Positions 59,284 through 64,000 of a stretch of 64,000 nucleotides of DNA are shown one piece after another. The notes beneath the pieces were generated by a model. The model saw nothing but the letters and a program-made list of their open reading frames with translations. It did no database searches and was not told the DNA's origin. The position numbers and the translations under genes were made by a program. Position 1 is the stretch's first letter, and each line of letters starts with the position of its first letter. The DNA comes from Alphaproteobacteria bacterium (GTDB lineage: Bacteria > Pseudomonadota > Alphaproteobacteria > CAAGCB01 > CAG-977). Where the stretch lies: contig JAKSVU010000001.1 of NCBI GenBank assembly GCA_024413465.1, positions 159,820-223,819 of the forward strand, read 5' to 3'.

Positions 59284-60717
59284 TTAACCTTCGACTTTTT
59301 TCTTCTTTGTTGAAGATTTTTTACTTTCACCATCAGTTTTTGTTTCTTTTTTTTGTTTTGAATTCTTTTTAGTATCCTTTTTATCTGATTTTTCAGCAGA
59401 CATTCCCACTTTATATAAGTCTTCAGGAGATACTTTCTTTTCTATCAAAGAAACACCCTTTAAAATAAAATCAACAACTTTATCTTCAAATAATGGTGCT
59501 CTTAAACGATCTAACATTTCTGGATGTTTTGCATAAAAATCAAAAACAGCTTTTTCTTGACCAGGAAATTGACGAGCCTCCATCATGATTGCTCTATTTA
59601 AATCTGCATCCGTAACAGAAATATTATTCTTTGCCCCAATTTCAGCCAACAACAACCCTAAACGAACTCGTCTTTCTGCAATAGATTTATATTCTATTTT
59701 CAATTCATCATCAGTTTTTCCAACATCTTCAGCATCTAAGCTATTTTTAGACTTAGCCGTTTCAATTTGCTTCCAAATTGCATCAAATTCTTCATTGGCC
59801 ATTATTTCAGGAACAGGGAAATCATGAGCATCAGCTAACTTATCCAACAAAGTTTTCTTCAAATTATCCATTGAAACACTTTCATATTCATGAGACAACT
59901 CCATGCGAACCATTTCACGAACTTCATCTAATTTCTCTTTTCCAAAAAATTTAGCAAATTCGTCATTCAATTCAACAGTTTTCTTTTCACGCAATTCCTT
60001 AATTTCAACTGCAAAAACTGCATTTTTTCCAGCCAAATCTTTTGCACCATAATTTTCTGGAAATTTCACATTAACATCAAATTTATCACCAACTTTATGC
60101 CCAATTATTTGATCTTCATAACCAGGAATAAATGAATTTGACCCCAATTCTAACGGATAAGCATTACCTTTTCCACCTTGGAATTCAACTCCATCAACTG
60201 ATCCAACAAAATCTATCACTGCAATATCACCCTTAACGGCAGCTCGATTTTCTTCAACTTTCTTAGAATCCTTGCGTGATTCAGCCAAACGCTGTAAGGT
60301 TTTCTCAATCTCTTTTTCGTCTACATCTGCAATCATTTTTTCCAATGAGATCTTTGAAAAATCAATTGGTGTAATTTCAGGTATAGCCTCAAAATCCATC
60401 GTAAACACCAAATCTTTACCTTTATCAAAAGAGATGACATTTACGTTTGGTCTGTGTGCTGGACGTAACTTATTATCAGAAAGAACTTTTGTCGATTCGG
60501 ATTGAATTAATTCTTCAACGACTTCCCCCATTGCGGCGCCTTCATAACGCTGACGTAAAAAACTCTCTGGAGCCTTTCCTTTTCTAAAGCCTGGAATCGT
60601 TGCTGTTTCACCAATTTCTTTTATTTTCTTTGTTAAATTTTCAGCGATTTCATCAGCTAAAACAACTATCTCAAAGGAATGTTTTAATCCTTCAACTTTT
60701 GTTTCTTTTACATTCAT
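59284..60717 (-). CDS. tig: Trigger factor
   Basis: N-terminal ribosome-binding TIPGFRKGKAP motif, central PPIase domain, and a K-rich C-terminal tail. 477 aa. Confidence 0.9.
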   Translation of the reverse strand: MNVKETKVEGLKHSFEIVVLADEIAENLTKKIKEIGETATIPGFRKGKAPESFLRQRYEGAAMGEVVEELIQSESTKVLSDNKLRPAHRPNVNVISFDKGKDLVFTMDFEAIPEITPIDFSKISLEKMIADVDEKEIEKTLQRLAESRKDSKKVEENRAAVKGDIAVIDFVGSVDGVEFQGGKGNAYPLELGSNSFIPGYEDQIIGHKVGDKFDVNVKFPENYGAKDLAGKNAVFAVEIKELREKKTVELNDEFAKFFGKEKLDEVREMVRMELSHEYESVSMDNLKKTLLDKLADAHDFPVPEIMANEEFDAIWKQIETAKSKNSLDAEDVGKTDDELKIEYKSIAERRVRLGLLLAEIGAKNNISVTDADLNRAIMMEARQFPGQEKAVFDFYAKHPEMLDRLRAPLFEDKVVDFILKGVSLIEKKVSPEDLYKVGMSAEKSDKKDTKKNSKQKKETKTDGESKKSSTKKKKVEG

Positions 60718-60779
60718 TGGAATCCAATCCTATTCTAAAAAAATCTACAACAAAAACCCTATTCACTTTATCTTATTAT

Positions 60780-60864
<85 letters not shown>

Positions 60865-60944
60865 AAAAACAAGTGCATAGAATAACTTTCGTTCTCCTTT
60901 TATATCATAAATTAAAGAAAAACAATCATTAATTTAAAATCAAA

Positions 60945-60973
60945 TAAAAAAAGCCCCTAAATGGGGCCTTTTC
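60945..60973. terminator. Rho-independent terminator downstream of secF
   Basis: aaaaaaa-gcccc-taaat-ggggc-cttttc. Confidence 0.5.
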
Positions 60974-60991
60974 TACGAATAAAATAAAAAT

Positions 60992-61942
60992 TTATTCAAC
61001 ATTTCCAAAAGGATTTACTACTTCATGACTTTCCATTGTCTTTCTAATATCTAAATACAATAGAACTGGCATTGCAATGTAGATAGAGGAATATGTTCCT
61101 ACTAAAATTCCCCACAACATCATTAAAGCAAAACCTTGTAAGACAGATCCCCCTAAGAACAACATAATTACCAACATGATAATTGTAGACATACCTGTTA
61201 ACAATGTTCTAGGTAGCATTTCATTTGTTGTCTTATTAATCATTTCTTCAATCGGCATTTTGCGATATTTACTCAAATTTTCACGCATACGATCATAAGA
61301 AACAATTGTATCATTTACAGAGAAACCCGCCAAAGTCATTATACCTGCAATAATTGTCATATCAAAATCTAATTGGAATACTGAAAAAAGACCTACAGCA
61401 ATAATGATATCGTGAATTAATGATAACATTGTTCCTAAAGCAAATTCCCATTCAAATCGTGTCCAAACATAAACAGTGATCATAACTCCTGCTAAAATAA
61501 CAGCAAGTACACAATTATGAATTAATTCTTCTCCAACACGAGGTCCTACCATTTCGACACGACGAAAAGAATATTCTTCACCCAGAATTGATCGAACATC
61601 TTTTGTGACCTTCATTTGTTCTTGTTCATTACTTCCTTTACCCAAAGCTGTAATGAGAACTTCAGTTCCATTTTCACCAACAGGTTGTAAATCAACATTC
61701 AAATGTTCTAATTTTGAACGCAATTCTTTCATATCTATTGTTTTATCGGCTTGAACTTCCATCAAGACCCCGCCTCTAAAGTCAATACCTAAGTTTAAGC
61801 CTTTGGTAGAAATAGAAACGATAGAGACAATGCACATTAACAAAGAAATTACAAAAGCTATTCTTCTAACACCTATAAAATTAATATGCGTTGGTTTTAT
61901 AAAAAAATGTATTAATCTTGGCATGTATAATCTCCTACACAT
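60992..61942 (-). CDS. secF: Protein translocase subunit SecF
   Basis: SecD/SecF family blocks (GLNLGIDFRGG; C-terminal 6-TM bundle). Overlaps the secD stop by 8 nt. Confidence 0.9.
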   Translation of the reverse strand: MCRRLYMPRLIHFFIKPTHINFIGVRRIAFVISLLMCIVSIVSISTKGLNLGIDFRGGVLMEVQADKTIDMKELRSKLEHLNVDLQPVGENGTEVLITALGKGSNEQEQMKVTKDVRSILGEEYSFRRVEMVGPRVGEELIHNCVLAVILAGVMITVYVWTRFEWEFALGTMLSLIHDIIIAVGLFSVFQLDFDMTIIAGIMTLAGFSVNDTIVSYDRMRENLSKYRKMPIEEMINKTTNEMLPRTLLTGMSTIIMLVIMLFLGGSVLQGFALMMLWGILVGTYSSIYIAMPVLLYLDIRKTMESHEVVNPFGNVE

Positions 61943-63497
61943 TTAATTTTGAAGGTTTGCAAATCTTAACCCAGGCAAGAATCAAAACCTTTGTTACATA
62001 TACTGCTGTAAATACTGATGTAATTAAACCTAAACATGTTGTTACACCAAAACCACGAACAGGTCCATTTCCCAACCAAATCAAAATTGCACCAGCAAAT
62101 AAACTTGTCAGGTTTGAATCGAAAATTGCAGACGAAGCATTACTAAATCCTGCATCTATCGTATCAAGAATTGATCTACCAGCTGATTGTTCCTCACGCA
62201 TACGTTCATAAATTAAAACATTCGCATCAACAGCCATTCCTAAGGTTAATGCCACACCAGCAATTCCAGGAAGTGTTAATGTTGCTCCTAACATACTCAT
62301 GACACCACATAGTAAACATAAATTTAAAAGCAAAGCTACATCAGCAAATAAACCAAACAAACCGTACGTTGCAAGAACAAAGACTAATACCAATACGAGA
62401 CCTATTACACATGATTTTTTACCTGCGTCTATAGAATCAGTTCCTAATCCTGGACCGACTATACGTTCTTCAACAACTTCTAAAGGAGCTGGCAAAGCAC
62501 CTGCTCTCAGCATTAATGCTAATTCATTTGCACTTTCAATTGTAAAACTTCCAGTAATAACGCCTGAACCACCTGTAATAGCTGATTTAACTTCTGGGGC
62601 AGTTAAAACCTTACCATCCAAAACAATAGCAAGTCTGCGTCCAACATTATCACGAGTAGCTTGAGCAAATTTTTTTGCACCAAATGAATTAAATCTGAAA
62701 GCAACAACAGCTTCTGCATCTTGAAAATCTGCACGAGCATCTGTTAAATGTTCACCACCAACAATTGATTTTCTTTCAATAATATAACTTCCTTGTGAAG
62801 CATCTTCCGCTCCTGGAACAACTTTTGCATCTAATGGCAATTTTCCTCTCTGAGCATCAGCCAAACTCACCTTATCATCTACAAAATGAAAAGTCATTTT
62901 TGCTGTTTTACCTAACAATTTTTTTACTTCATTAGGATCTTCAATACCCGGCAATTGAACTTGAATACGGTCATTTCCTTGTCTCATTATTGAAGGCTCT
63001 TTTGTTCCAAGTTGATCTATACGACGACGTACGATTTCAATAGATTGATTAACAGCCTGATTTTTCATTTTTAACACAGCTTGTTCATTAATCGTAACTG
63101 TTAATTCACCATTCAATTCAGAAACATCTATATTTCCTTTATCTATTTGATTACGCAATAAATTAACAGCTTTAGATACTTGATCAAACTTTGTTATTTT
63201 AAGCTTTAAGGCATTATCTTCTTCTCTTAAACCAGTAAAAAGCACATTATTTTTACGCAAAATATCTCTAGCTGCATCTTTATTGGCCATCATCTGTTCT
63301 TTTAAAACTTGATCCAAATCAACTTGCAATAACAACTGAGAACCACCTTGTAAATCAAGACCTAAAGTCATTGGAGCCCACCAACGTGGCAAATTAGCTT
63401 GTTTTTCTTGAGGTAGCATATTTGGAATACAGAAGAAAATTCCAACACAGGCTATAACAGAAATTAGAATCACTTTCCATTTTGGATAATTAAACAT
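61935..63497 (-). CDS. secD: Protein translocase subunit SecD
   Basis: LGLDLQGG, a large periplasmic domain, and the C-terminal SecD 6-TM domain. 520 aa. Confidence 0.9.
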   Translation of the reverse strand: MFNYPKWKVILISVIACVGIFFCIPNMLPQEKQANLPRWWAPMTLGLDLQGGSQLLLQVDLDQVLKEQMMANKDAARDILRKNNVLFTGLREEDNALKLKITKFDQVSKAVNLLRNQIDKGNIDVSELNGELTVTINEQAVLKMKNQAVNQSIEIVRRRIDQLGTKEPSIMRQGNDRIQVQLPGIEDPNEVKKLLGKTAKMTFHFVDDKVSLADAQRGKLPLDAKVVPGAEDASQGSYIIERKSIVGGEHLTDARADFQDAEAVVAFRFNSFGAKKFAQATRDNVGRRLAIVLDGKVLTAPEVKSAITGGSGVITGSFTIESANELALMLRAGALPAPLEVVEERIVGPGLGTDSIDAGKKSCVIGLVLVLVFVLATYGLFGLFADVALLLNLCLLCGVMSMLGATLTLPGIAGVALTLGMAVDANVLIYERMREEQSAGRSILDTIDAGFSNASSAIFDSNLTSLFAGAILIWLGNGPVRGFGVTTCLGLITSVFTAVYVTKVLILAWVKICKPSKLNV

Positions 63498-63914
63498 TTA
63501 CTTTCCCTTTTTTGTTAAAAGATCTTTTAAACCTTCACTATCTTTTTTTCCGTTGTCATTTGCAGAAGCATCTTCTTTTGATATTTCTACTGGTTCTTTT
63601 CTTTTTGCTAAAACATGATCACGAAGAACAACTACTCTCACACCATCAGCAATCTCAACCAACAAATCATCCATATTTGATCTAATCACTTTTCCAACAA
63701 TTCCGCCATTTGTAATGATCGTATCGCCTCTAGCAATAGTAGATTGCATATTTACATGTTCACGCATTTTTTTATTTTGTGGACGAATTAAAAAGAAATA
63801 GAAAACAATAAATATTATTAAAAATTGTAACAATATTCTCAAAGGATTCCCTGATACTGCGGCACTATTTACTGCAACAGAGGCATCCTGAGCCAATACT
63901 GGGCTTATAAACAT
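63498..63914 (-). CDS. yajC: Preprotein translocase accessory subunit YajC
   Basis: Single TM plus the conserved GD.ViT.GGi.G.V block. Position is immediately upstream of secD. Confidence 0.8.
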   Translation of the reverse strand: MFISPVLAQDASVAVNSAAVSGNPLRILLQFLIIFIVFYFFLIRPQNKKMREHVNMQSTIARGDTIITNGGIVGKVIRSNMDDLLVEIADGVRVVVLRDHVLAKRKEPVEISKEDASANDNGKKDSEGLKDLLTKKGK

Positions 63915-64000
63915 ATCTAAACTCCATAAAAAAATTAATATGCTGAAATATAACTCAGTTTATTTTTAATGCAACTTATTTTTATTTTTATAAAAAAACA

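Overview
The window is AT-rich (by eye roughly 25-30% GC, higher in conserved or highly expressed genes) and densely coding. Its gene order matches core gammaproteobacterial synteny: pheA-tyrA, rlmI-tldD, yfgM-bamB-der, yebC-ruvCAB, zapA-(6S RNA)-ygfA, epmA/efp, potABC, pit-DUF47, htpG, folKP, lon-clpX-clpP-tig-tRNA-Leu, secF-secD-yajC. Together with several eukaryote-like or effector-like genes, this suggests a reduced, probably host-associated gammaproteobacterium (Legionellales-like); that placement is inference only. The ORF track misses or mis-starts three things: a partial pheA at the left edge, a structured ncRNA between zapA and ygfA that fits 6S RNA (ssrS) in position, length and end-pairing, and a tRNA-Leu(TAG). 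The less ordinary content is listed in the findings. It includes (i) a three-gene operon encoding a secreted OmpA-like protein, a MotA/ExbB/TolQ-type channel and a MotB-like protein with a ~200-aa coiled coil, which is not in a tol-pal, ton or flagellar context; (ii) a GGGtGRT plus IscU/NifU-like pair beside a plant/Firmicute-type acyl-ACP thioesterase; (iii) a secreted cysteine-rich repeat protein translationally coupled to sufE; (iv) a membrane class III nucleotidyl cyclase and a cNMP-binding-domain protein; and (v) a small island between potA and htpG encoding an LRAT/PLAAT-like protein, a membrane protein and a CsoR/RcnR-fold regulator lacking all metal ligands. No CRISPR array, IS element or integrase was seen. 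All calls rest on motif recognition by eye. No database search was run.
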